Assembly (NCBI GenBank): GCA_964504535.1
Contig: CAZDED010000002.1
Span: forward strand, 82,673 to 146,672
Source: an uncultured Gammaproteobacteria bacterium
Lineage (GTDB): Bacteria > Patescibacteriota > Microgenomatia > Levybacterales > GWA1-39-11
DNA length: 64,000 bases
Direction: 5' to 3'
This document shows, piece after piece, positions 39,164 through 49,038 of this stretch. Both the position numbers and the translations under genes were made by a program. The notes under the pieces are model-generated. The model saw only the letters and a list, made by a program, of their open reading frames with translations, had not been told where the DNA came from and ran no database searches. Within the stretch, counting starts at the first letter, position 1, and every line of letters starts with the position of its first letter.

Positions 39164-40839
39164 AATTATTGAAAAAACCTGTTTTTTTACTTATTGCGAT
39201 CATACTCTTGGCGGTAAGTCTTAGAACCTACAATATTGGCAAAGTACCAATAAGCCTTAATTGGGATGAAGTAGCTCTTGGATACAATGCATTTTCAATT
39301 CTTAAAACGGGGAATGATGAATATGGAAAATTCTTGCCGGTCGTTCTCCAGTCTTATGATGATTATAAGCCGGCGCTTTATGCTTATTTTGATATCCCAT
39401 TTGTTGCGATTTTAGGACTGACCGAAGCTGCTGTAAGACTTCCTTCTGCAACTGCTGGCGTAGCAGCGGTGTTTCTTATTTATTGTATCGTCTTGGAGCT
39501 TATGGGACAACGCAAGGTCCAACTCTTTGACCACGAAGTTGCTTCGACCTGGGTAGCTCTTGCAACTTCTTTTTTCTTGGCAATTTCTCCATGGCACATC
39601 CAATTCTCGCGAATTGCTTTCGAGTCAAATGTTGGTTTAACGCTAAATCTGTTTGCTTTCCTCCTATTTCTAAAGGCTCTAAAAAAACCAATGCTGCTTC
39701 CATTATCATTTATGGTTGCAGCATTAAATATTCATATGTATCAAAGTGAAAGAGTATTCTCTCCTTTGTTGATAATCATACTGTCGTTAATTTTTTACAA
39801 AAAGCTTTTGACTTTTAAGAAATGGGTATTTGTCTCTATTATTGCAGCTTTTATTGTAGCGTTACCGCTTATTGTCTACATTTTGACAAACAACAATGCA
39901 CTGATGCGGGCAAAAGGTGTTAGTGTATTTTCGTCCCAGGAATTGGTCTCGCGTTCCTCAAAAAAATTATTGCAAGACGATCTAACAGGAAACACTATCG
40001 GAAAAATATTAGACAACAGAAGACTAGAATTTGGAAAAGCGGCAGTTGCCGGGTACATCTCCCATTTTGACCTCAATTGGCTTTTTATATCGGGAGATAT
40101 TGCTCGCCACCATGCCCCTTTCATGGGTTTGCTTTATCTCTTTGAATTACCTTTGCTTCTTATCGGAATTTATGCTCTCATCTTTTTGAAGATAGAAAGA
40201 AAATATAAGTTGGCATTTTTTGCATACTTTCTACTAGTGCCTATACCTGCCTCTATTACAAGTGGGGTGCCGCATGCTGTAAGGACTTTAAATTTTGAAG
40301 GGACTTGGGAGTTATTTATTGCTCTAGGACTGATTGTTTCAATTCAATTTATCCTCAATCAAAGAAAAAAATTAATAAAAAATTGCTTTAAACTATTTGC
40401 TATTTTCTATTTACTTTTTACTATTTTTAACATTTCCTATTTCCTCAATCAATATTTCGTGCAGCTTAACTACTATGATGCAAAAGACTGGCTATATGGT
40501 TATAAACAGGCAATTTCATATGTTGATTCGGTTAACCATAAATATGACAAAATTATTGTAGAAAATACCTCACCGTTGGATCAGTCATATATGTTTTTCC
40601 TTTTCTATCTAAAGATTGATCCGGCATACTATCAGTCTTTAGGCGGTACAGCAAGCGGAGGTTTTAGAGAGACACACAAAGGATTTTATAATTATGTTTT
40701 CGAGCCATTATCAACTGCCAAAGAAACGGGGAGAATTTTGTTAGTTGGAAAGCCCTCCGATATTTCCGAGAGTGCAGGGGGTAAAAAAATAATTCTTTTC
40801 CCGGATGGTACTCCTGCAATTGCCATAGGAGAAAAGTAA
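39160..40839 (+). CDS. GT-C, ArnT/PMT_2-like (DExxxGYNAY subfamily)
   Basis: WDEVALGYNAFSILKTGNDEYG, DYKPALY, SPWHIQFSRIAFE, PHAVR. Confidence 0.84.
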   Translation: MKLLKKPVFLLIAIILLAVSLRTYNIGKVPISLNWDEVALGYNAFSILKTGNDEYGKFLPVVLQSYDDYKPALYAYFDIPFVAILGLTEAAVRLPSATAGVAAVFLIYCIVLELMGQRKVQLFDHEVASTWVALATSFFLAISPWHIQFSRIAFESNVGLTLNLFAFLLFLKALKKPMLLPLSFMVAALNIHMYQSERVFSPLLIIILSLIFYKKLLTFKKWVFVSIIAAFIVALPLIVYILTNNNALMRAKGVSVFSSQELVSRSSKKLLQDDLTGNTIGKILDNRRLEFGKAAVAGYISHFDLNWLFISGDIARHHAPFMGLLYLFELPLLLIGIYALIFLKIERKYKLAFFAYFLLVPIPASITSGVPHAVRTLNFEGTWELFIALGLIVSIQFILNQRKKLIKNCFKLFAIFYLLFTIFNISYFLNQYFVQLNYYDAKDWLYGYKQAISYVDSVNHKYDKIIVENTSPLDQSYMFFLFYLKIDPAYYQSLGGTASGGFRETHKGFYNYVFEPLSTAKETGRILLVGKPSDISESAGGKKIILFPDGTPAIAIGEK

Positions 40840-40840
40840 C

Positions 40841-42106
40841 ATGACAAAATTTCTATTAAAGTATTTTTCCAACAAAACCACACTGTTGATTTTTATTCTT
40901 TTATTAATCGTTCAAATTTTTACCCGTTTTTCATACCCCGACACGAAAAGTGATTTTAGCTGGGATCAAATAGACAATGCATGGGCGGCAAAAAATATAA
41001 TTTATGATCATAAATTCCCATTGGTAGGAATGCAGGCGAAAGGAAATACAGGTTTTTATATTGGGCCCTATTATTACTATTTGATAACTCCTTTCTATCT
41101 AGCTACTGATCTTGACCCATATGCATCAATTGTTATAGCAGGATTTACAAGTATAATTATGTTTTTTCTGACCTACCTATTGGTAAGGGATATGATGGGT
41201 GAGAAAATTGCTTTATTTGCTACTTTTTTTGAAGTTTTTTCGTTCTATATTATCGGTCTTGACAGGACACAATGGCCTGTCAATCTTATTGCGCCCGTTT
41301 CGCTTATTATATTTTATTCGCTCTATAAAATTATGAACGGTAACGTACGGTATATACTGTTGCTAATTGCTTCATTTGGATTTTCACTTCACGTCCATTT
41401 TACTTCAGTATTTTATATTCCATTAATAATATTGTGTTTGCCTTTTTTTCCAAGAAAAAAACTATCGATAAAATATTTATTTTTATCGTTTCCAATACTA
41501 CTATTTTTTATCTTCCCGATAATTATTTCCTCATTTGGCAAAGGAAGCACTCATGTTCTTGGGTATCTTAGCAGTTCGTATCTGGGTTTTCATTTAAGGA
41601 GAGTTTTTCAAATAATTGGTGATGGTTTTATTGAATATGAAGGAATAGCTGATTTTCAATACTTCAAAAAAATAGGCTTATTATTGTTTCCTACATTTCT
41701 TTTAGTTTCTTTTATTGCGTTTTATAGAACAAGTAAAGTGTATTTAATATATCTCAGTTTAATTTGGGTCATTTTGCCGTGGCTATTTTTTGCCACATAC
41801 GGCGGTGAAATTTCAAATTATTATTTCTCAATAACTCGACCTGTCGTCTTGATATCATTAGCGTACCTTTTATATATTCTCTTCGAAAATAAAAAGATAA
41901 TCGGAAAGCTATCTGTATTTGTAATCCTCTTGCTGTATGTGTATGTCAACTCCAAACAATTCTTTGCATTCAAGGCTAGGGGACTTGGATATTACCGGGA
42001 AAAGGTGGATGAAAAGATTAAGAATGGAGTGGATATCGAATTTAGTCAGGGCAATCCCGAGTCATATCTCTATTTCATTAAGAAACAAAGATATGACAAA
42101 AAGTAA
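40841..42106 (+). CDS. GT-C, ArnT/PMT-like ('DQ' variant)
   Basis: SWDQID, FPLVG, YIGPYYYYL, HVHF, SNYYF. Confidence 0.68.
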   Translation: MTKFLLKYFSNKTTLLIFILLLIVQIFTRFSYPDTKSDFSWDQIDNAWAAKNIIYDHKFPLVGMQAKGNTGFYIGPYYYYLITPFYLATDLDPYASIVIAGFTSIIMFFLTYLLVRDMMGEKIALFATFFEVFSFYIIGLDRTQWPVNLIAPVSLIIFYSLYKIMNGNVRYILLLIASFGFSLHVHFTSVFYIPLIILCLPFFPRKKLSIKYLFLSFPILLFFIFPIIISSFGKGSTHVLGYLSSSYLGFHLRRVFQIIGDGFIEYEGIADFQYFKKIGLLLFPTFLLVSFIAFYRTSKVYLIYLSLIWVILPWLFFATYGGEISNYYFSITRPVVLISLAYLLYILFENKKIIGKLSVFVILLLYVYVNSKQFFAFKARGLGYYREKVDEKIKNGVDIEFSQGNPESYLYFIKKQRYDKK

Positions 42107-42159
42107 TTTTTCTGTTGCACTTTATTTGGCAACAATGATACGATCATAATCTGGTTTAT

Positions 42160-43224
42160 ATGAACAAGAGCAAGATATTAATCACGGGTGGAGCAGGGTT
42201 TGTAGGAACAAACCTCGTTAGTTTTTTACTGGGGAAAAAGGAATATGAAATAGTTGTTTTCGATAAATTGGATCATCATTCAGACGAAGAACAAGCAAAA
42301 AAAATTACATACGTTAAAGGCAACATTATTAATAAGTCTGATGTAGAAAAATTATTTGCTCAACATGCACCGTTTGAGGGGGTATATCATTTGGCTGGCG
42401 AGATGCCAAACAAACTTGCGGATGCAAAATTAATGATGCAGACGAATGTTGATGGAACATCAAATCTCATTTCAGAAGCAGTGAAATATAAAGCAAAGTT
42501 TTTTATATTTGCTTCAAGCAATGTGACTTATGGAATACCAATTGAACTCCCTGTAACGGAAAACACCCAACTTAAGCCTCTTGAGGTATATGGGAAGAGT
42601 AAGGAGGAGGCCGAAAAAGTCCTCCAGAAATACAACGGGAAAATAAATATCCAGATGTTCAGGTGCCCGGTTATAACCGGCGTAGGAAGACTTGGACTGC
42701 AGGCAATTCTGTACGAATTCATATCAGAAGACAAGAAGGTATATGTTCTAGGCGGAGGGAACAATAAATACCAGTTTGTTGACGTAGAGGATGTAGTGCA
42801 GGCAATGACGACAGCAAGCAAGATTAAAGGGTTTGACGTATATGTGATAGGGGCAGACGAAATCTTAACACTGCGTGAGTTATATCAAAAAGTTATTGAA
42901 TTTGCCGGCAGTAAATCAAAAATTGTATCACTCCCCTGGGGACCAGCCCTTTTTGCACTTTCAATTTTAGATAAAGTTAACTTTTCCCCGCTTGGAGTAT
43001 ATCAATACACTATGATGGGAAGATCCATTTACGCGGATACGACGAAAATAAAAAAGAAACTTTCCTGGAAACCTAAAAGAACAAATGCAGACACATTCAT
43101 AGAAAATTATAAATGGTATAAGAAAAATAAAGGAAATTTTGTTGTTATTGGCGGGAGTAAGTCTTCGCCAAATAAAAGTGTTCCAAAGATGGGGATTTTA
43201 AAGATTCTTAAAATGTTTTCATAA
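42160..43224 (+). CDS. NAD-dependent epimerase/dehydratase (extended SDR)
   Basis: ITGGAGFVG, HLAG, ASS, YGKSK. Confidence 0.9.
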   Translation: MNKSKILITGGAGFVGTNLVSFLLGKKEYEIVVFDKLDHHSDEEQAKKITYVKGNIINKSDVEKLFAQHAPFEGVYHLAGEMPNKLADAKLMMQTNVDGTSNLISEAVKYKAKFFIFASSNVTYGIPIELPVTENTQLKPLEVYGKSKEEAEKVLQKYNGKINIQMFRCPVITGVGRLGLQAILYEFISEDKKVYVLGGGNNKYQFVDVEDVVQAMTTASKIKGFDVYVIGADEILTLRELYQKVIEFAGSKSKIVSLPWGPALFALSILDKVNFSPLGVYQYTMMGRSIYADTTKIKKKLSWKPKRTNADTFIENYKWYKKNKGNFVVIGGSKSSPNKSVPKMGILKILKMFS

Positions 43225-43228
43225 TATT

Positions 43229-44872
43229 ATGAAGCATGTACATAAATTTCTGGTCGCTATTATAATTCTTGCAGCAATTCTTCGCCTTTTTGATCTTAAT
43301 GGTGTGCCTCCTTCTGCCTCACTCGATGAGTCTTCTATCGGGTATAATGCATATTCAGTCATCAAAACAGGAGGGGACGAATTCGGTACATTTCCACTCG
43401 TTTCTCAACGTGGATATGATGATTATCGTCGTTCAACCTATTTACTTCTTGTCGCGCCCTTTGTAGTTGTCATGGGGCTGAATGTTCTGGCTGTCAGACT
43501 TCCAGCAGTGATTCTTAGTATACTAACTGTTTGGGCGGTTTTTGAGATCGCTCGACTTTTGGTTAAAAAACCTTCTAAATTCAGTGATGAGTTAGCATGC
43601 TTTTCGGCATTTCTACTTGCGATTAGTCCGTGGCATATTTATATTTCTCGTATTGGGCATGAATCAAATGCTTGTCTTTCTTTTTTAGTATTTGCGATTC
43701 TTTTTTTCCTGAAAGGACTTGAAAACAAAAAACTACTGTTGGTTTCAGTTCTTTTCTTTGCTTTGTCTATGGTAAGTTACTATTCGGGGCAAGTCATCGT
43801 TCCTCTTCTCGTTATCTCATTGGCTGTAATTTATAGAAAAAAACTCTTAGAAATGATACTTGTTGACAAAAAATCCAAGATTGTAACTTTATTTGTTTTG
43901 TTGTTGGCAATACCTGTCGTGTGGTCCGTTTTTTCACCCGATGCTCTTATCCGCTTTCGCGGTACGAGTACTTTTTCACCGAGTTCACACGAGCAACTAT
44001 TTAAAGAAAGGGTGTTATTGCGCAATGAAGCTGTTGCAAAGCATGACCTCATTGGTAGCATTATCTACAATCAACGGTTGTTTCCTCTTGTTGTTTTAGC
44101 TCAGGGATATTTTGATCATTTTAATCCTCAGTGGTTATTCTTTAATGATTCTAACGGTATTTTTAAAGCTCCCCATATTGGGTTGTTATACCCATGGCAA
44201 ATTCCGTTCATATTATTCGGTTTGGTTGCCTTCCTAGTCAGTAAAAATGTCGGCATATCAATGAAATTTACAGTTTTGATATGGTTTCTATTGGGGGCAT
44301 TACCTGCGTCTATCGCAACACAAACACCACATGCGATGCGCTCATACAATATATTACCAACATGGGAAATATTTACAGCTTTTGGAATAATAACTCTGAA
44401 ATTTTTATTCTATAAATATAAATTGATAACCGGTGGATTAGTAGCTATTCTTGTTTGTTTTTCATTACAATCATTTTTTACGAATTACTTCGTTAATTTT
44501 CCGAAAGAGCATTCTAAGTCTTTCCAATATGCATATGGCAAATCACTGGGGTATGTCATCGCAAATCAGGATAAATACCAAAGAGTAGTAATCTCGAACA
44601 AAGATAATATGTTCCAGTCTTACATGATATTTTTGTATTACAGTAAATATGATCCAAACTTGTATCAAAAACAGGGTGGGACAATATCAGGTGGCTATGA
44701 AGCGACACACTTTTTCGGAAAATATGAATTTAAAGAAATTGATTGGACAAAAGAAAAAACATCAAACACTTTGTATGTAGTAAATCCTCAGGAAATACCC
44801 TCAAATGCTCAGGTATTATATGTAGGAAAATACTTAGATAATACAAAAGGGGCAATAGTTCTTACGCGTTGA
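43229..44872 (+). CDS. GT-C, ArnT/PMT_2-like (DExxxGYNAY subfamily)
   Basis: DESSIGYNAYSVIKTGGDEFG, AVRLPA, SPWHIYISR, PHAMR. Confidence 0.83.
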   Translation: MKHVHKFLVAIIILAAILRLFDLNGVPPSASLDESSIGYNAYSVIKTGGDEFGTFPLVSQRGYDDYRRSTYLLLVAPFVVVMGLNVLAVRLPAVILSILTVWAVFEIARLLVKKPSKFSDELACFSAFLLAISPWHIYISRIGHESNACLSFLVFAILFFLKGLENKKLLLVSVLFFALSMVSYYSGQVIVPLLVISLAVIYRKKLLEMILVDKKSKIVTLFVLLLAIPVVWSVFSPDALIRFRGTSTFSPSSHEQLFKERVLLRNEAVAKHDLIGSIIYNQRLFPLVVLAQGYFDHFNPQWLFFNDSNGIFKAPHIGLLYPWQIPFILFGLVAFLVSKNVGISMKFTVLIWFLLGALPASIATQTPHAMRSYNILPTWEIFTAFGIITLKFLFYKYKLITGGLVAILVCFSLQSFFTNYFVNFPKEHSKSFQYAYGKSLGYVIANQDKYQRVVISNKDNMFQSYMIFLYYSKYDPNLYQKQGGTISGGYEATHFFGKYEFKEIDWTKEKTSNTLYVVNPQEIPSNAQVLYVGKYLDNTKGAIVLTR

Positions 44873-44878
44873 TATAAT
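44870..44878 (+). promoter_or_regulatory. extended -10 promoter built on the upstream stop codon (leaderless)
   Basis: TGA-TATAAT, 6 nt, then ATG at 44885. Confidence 0.6.
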
Positions 44879-44884
44879 GGTTAT

Positions 44885-45661
44885 ATGAAAAAACTCTCGG
44901 TTGTTCTTGCAACTTTTAATGAAGAAGAGAATCTAGATAGGTGCTTGAGTGCCGTAAAGGATTTGGCTGATGAGATTGTTATAGTTGATGGGACTTCCAA
45001 AGATAAAACAGTTGAGATTGCCAAGTCATTTAAGGCTAAAGTCTTTGTTACAACCAATCCTCCCAATTTTCACATCAACAAGCAAAAAGCTATTGATCTT
45101 GCAACCGGAGATTGGATATTGCAACTTGATGCCGATGAGGTAGTGTCTAAGGGACTTTGCGAGGAGATAACTGACATTTTAAAAAACGATCCGGTAGAGA
45201 ACGGATACTGGATGCCAAGAAAGAATTATTTTTTAGGGAGATTTCTAATGAAGGGTGGTCAGTACCCTGACTACACGGTCAGACTTTACAGAAATGGAAA
45301 AGGAAAGCTGCCCCAAAAAGATGTACACGAGCAGGCAGTGATTGAAGGAAAAATAGGCTACCTTAAGGAGGCATTACTTCATTATCCCTATAAAGACTTC
45401 AATTTTTACGTTTCTAAATGGATGCGCTACAACCACCTTCTCGCTTCTCAAATACATGACGATTTAAAAAATAAGAATTTTATATTGCGTATTTACTATG
45501 GTTTTGCTTATGTTTTCGCAAAACCGGCGCACTGGATGTTGACTGCATACGGAAGGCATAAAGGGTTTTATGATTCATGGCAAGGTTTTGTATTTGCTAT
45601 AATGTCAGCACTACGTTTTCCAGTCTCTTACATTTTGTACCTACAACATAAGTATGAATGA
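44885..45661 (+). CDS. GT2, WaaE/KdtX-like
   Basis: TFNEE, LDADE, YPDYTVRLY, VHE, GFYDSWQGF. Confidence 0.86.
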   Translation: MKKLSVVLATFNEEENLDRCLSAVKDLADEIVIVDGTSKDKTVEIAKSFKAKVFVTTNPPNFHINKQKAIDLATGDWILQLDADEVVSKGLCEEITDILKNDPVENGYWMPRKNYFLGRFLMKGGQYPDYTVRLYRNGKGKLPQKDVHEQAVIEGKIGYLKEALLHYPYKDFNFYVSKWMRYNHLLASQIHDDLKNKNFILRIYYGFAYVFAKPAHWMLTAYGRHKGFYDSWQGFVFAIMSALRFPVSYILYLQHKYE

Positions 45662-46631
45662 CAAAACAATTTTAGTAACCGGTGGAGCAGGCTATATTGG
45701 CGGATTTATGGTCAGAAAGCTGGTTGAAAAAGGCTACACTGTTGTTGCAATCGATAACCTTTCACGCAATAGTAGACCGGAATTACCTGAAAGCGTTAAT
45801 TTTGTTGAAGGAAGTATCGGTGACAGAAATAAAATAAAATCGATCTTTGAAAACACCCGAATTGACGGAGTTATCCACTTTGCGGCTTTTATTTCGATGG
45901 CAGAGTCAATGAAGGATCCATTTATCTATTTCGAGGATAATGTATACGATAGCCTTACACTTCTTGAAGAAATGAAAAACCATGATGTGAAAAATATTAT
46001 TTTTTCTTCAACCGCAGGGGTATACGGCAATCCAACCGTTCTTCCAATTCCCGAAGACCATCCCAAGAATCCTACAAACCCATACGGGCAAAGCAAATTG
46101 ATGGTTGAACAAATCTTGTCGTGGTACCAAAAAATATTTGGTATATCATACACAGCTCTTCGCTATTTTAACGCGTGTGGAGCATCATTAGATGGTGAGC
46201 ACGGAGAAAGACACAGTCCGGAAACACATATAATTCCACGGGCTATGCAAGCCTTGCTTGGTAATGAGCCGTTTGAGCTTTTTGGGAGAGATTACCAGAC
46301 ACCTGATGGCACCTGTGTACGTGATTATATTCATGTTTTGGATTTAGTTGAGGCACATGTTTTGGCTTTAGAAAAGATCTTTCAAAATCCTGGGGGAAAC
46401 ATATTTAATGTAGGTACTGGTAAAGGCCTTTCAAATAGTGAAATTCTTAAGACGATTGAAGAAGTGACCGGAAGGAAAATGAATATTATTGATAAGGATC
46501 GAAGACCTGGAGATGCAAATGAACTTGTTGCAGATGTTACAAAAATTACAAATGAACTTGGATTTTCACCTCAACACTCAGACATTCGAACGATTGTTGA
46601 ATCAGCTTGGAAATTCCATAGTAAGCAATAG
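45654..46631 (+). CDS. galE: UDP-glucose 4-epimerase
   Basis: VTGGAGYIG, IHFAA, FSSTA, NPYGQSK, LRYFN, ETHIIP, DGTCVRDYIHV, RRPGD. Confidence 0.93.
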   Translation: MNDKTILVTGGAGYIGGFMVRKLVEKGYTVVAIDNLSRNSRPELPESVNFVEGSIGDRNKIKSIFENTRIDGVIHFAAFISMAESMKDPFIYFEDNVYDSLTLLEEMKNHDVKNIIFSSTAGVYGNPTVLPIPEDHPKNPTNPYGQSKLMVEQILSWYQKIFGISYTALRYFNACGASLDGEHGERHSPETHIIPRAMQALLGNEPFELFGRDYQTPDGTCVRDYIHVLDLVEAHVLALEKIFQNPGGNIFNVGTGKGLSNSEILKTIEEVTGRKMNIIDKDRRPGDANELVADVTKITNELGFSPQHSDIRTIVESAWKFHSKQ

Positions 46632-46655
46632 TTTGGTTTTTAGCCTCTGTTTCTC

Positions 46656-46661
46656 TATAAT
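46656..46661 (+). promoter_or_regulatory. -10 box (leaderless)
   Basis: TATAAT, 6 nt, then ATG at 46668. Confidence 0.55.
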
Positions 46662-46667
46662 AAATTC

Positions 46668-47729
46668 ATGCGTATAGCATTAGACGTTGGACCTATTGAT
46701 TCAAAAAGCACAAGCAGTCACAAGGTACGCGGAGTTGGGAAATACATAACTCTTCTTAAAGACAATCTTCGCAAATACGATCACACAAACACGTACATTT
46801 TTTCATCAAATCCTTCAAATGAGAAAGATGTGGATTTAATCCATTACCCATACTTTGATCCGTTTTTCATCACCCTTCCATTGATTAAAAAAACTAAGAG
46901 CATAGTTACCGTGCATGACGTTATTCCGCTGGCACACAAAAGGCAGTTTCCGGTGGGTTTGAGAGGGGAGATCAAGTGGAAACTGAATAAAATGAGAATC
47001 CGTGGAGTTGATGGAATAATAACAGACTCGTTTGCTTCGAAAGATGCAATCAATAAAATAACTGGGATTTCAAACAAAAAAATATTCCCTGTTTATTTGT
47101 CAGTTGACCAAGAGTTTAGAAAATTGGAAGATGGAAAATGGAAAGCAGAGCTAATAAAAAAGTACAATCTTCCAGAATCATTTATTCTATATGTAGGGGA
47201 CGTAACATGGAATAAAAACCTACCAAATATCGTAAAGGCTACAAAAGAGGTAGGGGTAAGCTTGGTTATGGTGGGAAAAGCGGTTGGAGAGGATTTGTTT
47301 GATTTTAAAAGCCCATGGAATGCGTCTAGGAAAATAGTTTTGGAAGAAACCTACCAAAATCCATTATTCATAAAAGCTGGATTCGTTCCTACAGAAGATC
47401 TTGTGGAAATGTATAATCTAGCCCGCGCTTTAGTAATGCCTTCATTTGATGAAGGGTTTGGGTTGCCTGTTCTTGAGGCGATGAGCTCTGGATGTCCCGT
47501 TATAACTTCTAATTGTGGAAGCCTTCCTGAAGTAGCAGGAGAAGCCGCTGTTTATGTTGACCCTGAGGATCCGAAATCAATTGCCACTGCAATTAAAGAA
47601 GTTGTTGAGAGTAGCGAGTTGAGAAAAAACCTAAGTAGTAAGGGAATGTCCCAAGCAGATAAATTTTCTATTGAAAAAATGATGAAAGATACGATTTCTG
47701 TCTACCAATCTTTTTCGGATGAAAAGTAA
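46668..47729 (+). CDS. GT4 glycosyltransferase (mannosyltransferase B-like)
   Basis: [35 protein letters not shown]. Confidence 0.9.
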   Translation: MRIALDVGPIDSKSTSSHKVRGVGKYITLLKDNLRKYDHTNTYIFSSNPSNEKDVDLIHYPYFDPFFITLPLIKKTKSIVTVHDVIPLAHKRQFPVGLRGEIKWKLNKMRIRGVDGIITDSFASKDAINKITGISNKKIFPVYLSVDQEFRKLEDGKWKAELIKKYNLPESFILYVGDVTWNKNLPNIVKATKEVGVSLVMVGKAVGEDLFDFKSPWNASRKIVLEETYQNPLFIKAGFVPTEDLVEMYNLARALVMPSFDEGFGLPVLEAMSSGCPVITSNCGSLPEVAGEAAVYVDPEDPKSIATAIKEVVESSELRKNLSSKGMSQADKFSIEKMMKDTISVYQSFSDEK

Positions 47730-48978
47730 AATTTTAGAAGTTTTAAGACACCCCCTAATATCTGGTTCGTTCCTGCTTATTTCTGGAGGAATTTTAGCAA
47801 ACCTGTTTAGTTTTATATTTAATTTTTTTATGAGCAGGAACCTTCGGGTTGAGGATTATGGTACATTCGTAAGCTTGGTTTCGATAATAACGCTACTATC
47901 TATTCCGGCAGGTGCCCTTGCTCCAACAATAGTTACCCTTGCAGGCAATTTCTTTGCAGAAAAAAATCTCGGCATGGTGCATACCTTATATATTAAGATC
48001 ATAAAAATACTTGCCGTAATTTCATTATTTATTTTTATCCTTTTTACCGTATTTGCCGGTCAAGTATCTGCATTTTTCAATATAAAAGACGCAATCCTTA
48101 TGCCGTTAACTGCTGTAGCAATCATGTTTTCATATATATTTACAATCAATCTCTCATTTTTCCAAGCACGTTTATCATTTAAATTGCTTCCCTCTTTAAG
48201 TGTGGCTTCTTCATTCACAAAATTAGTATTTGGAATTATACTCGTGCTTACTGGATTTGGATTGGGTGGAGCAATAAGCTCTTATCTACTGTCATACATT
48301 ATCCCTATATTAATAGGATCCATTTTCCTACGATCAGTTCTTTTTCATAAATCCGATAAAAAGACACATATTACTTTTAAAGAATTGATCAATTTTGGTA
48401 TTCCCTCAGTTGTTATCATATTTTGTTTGAATTCCTTTATTAACACGGACATTCTTCTTGTTAAGCATTTGTTCTCTGAAAAAGATGCTGGGTTTTATGC
48501 AGGTCTTTCACTTGTAGGAAGAGTGGTTTTTTACATAACAGCCCCTGTTACAACAGTTATGTTCCCAATTATTATCAATAAATATAAAAGTAGTCAGCCA
48601 TATAAAAATATTCTCTATGGGGCTCTTGGTATTACGGGTGCTATTTCTATACTTGTAACTGCATTTTATTTTCTGTTTCCTAAGTTCACGATTCTTTTTT
48701 TCTTAAAGAAAACAGAATACCTATTCGTAGCTAACAATCTCGGTATGTTTGGAATATTTATTACGTTATATTCGTTAATGTCAGTCCTTGTGTATTATTT
48801 CTTGTCGGTAAAGCAAACAAAAATATTATATCTTCTTGTTGCGGGTGTTATTTCGCAGGCAGTTTTGATCTATCTTTTCCACGCAAATTTTTATGAAATT
48901 ATAACTATCTCATCACTTATCAGTTTCGTAGTTCTTATCGGTCTTGTCATTTATTATAAAATCCTCTCCGTTAAATAA
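47719..48978 (+). CDS. Wzx-type flippase / polysaccharide biosynthesis exporter
   Basis: About 12 TMs; EDYG, NTDILLVKH...AGFYA, VMFP. Confidence 0.85.
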   Translation: MKSKILEVLRHPLISGSFLLISGGILANLFSFIFNFFMSRNLRVEDYGTFVSLVSIITLLSIPAGALAPTIVTLAGNFFAEKNLGMVHTLYIKIIKILAVISLFIFILFTVFAGQVSAFFNIKDAILMPLTAVAIMFSYIFTINLSFFQARLSFKLLPSLSVASSFTKLVFGIILVLTGFGLGGAISSYLLSYIIPILIGSIFLRSVLFHKSDKKTHITFKELINFGIPSVVIIFCLNSFINTDILLVKHLFSEKDAGFYAGLSLVGRVVFYITAPVTTVMFPIIINKYKSSQPYKNILYGALGITGAISILVTAFYFLFPKFTILFFLKKTEYLFVANNLGMFGIFITLYSLMSVLVYYFLSVKQTKILYLLVAGVISQAVLIYLFHANFYEIITISSLISFVVLIGLVIYYKILSVK

Positions 48979-49038
48979 TTACCTTTCAGTTTGGCATGGA
49001 AAATAGTAACCGTTTGGGTTAGAATAAGCCAAGTAAAA

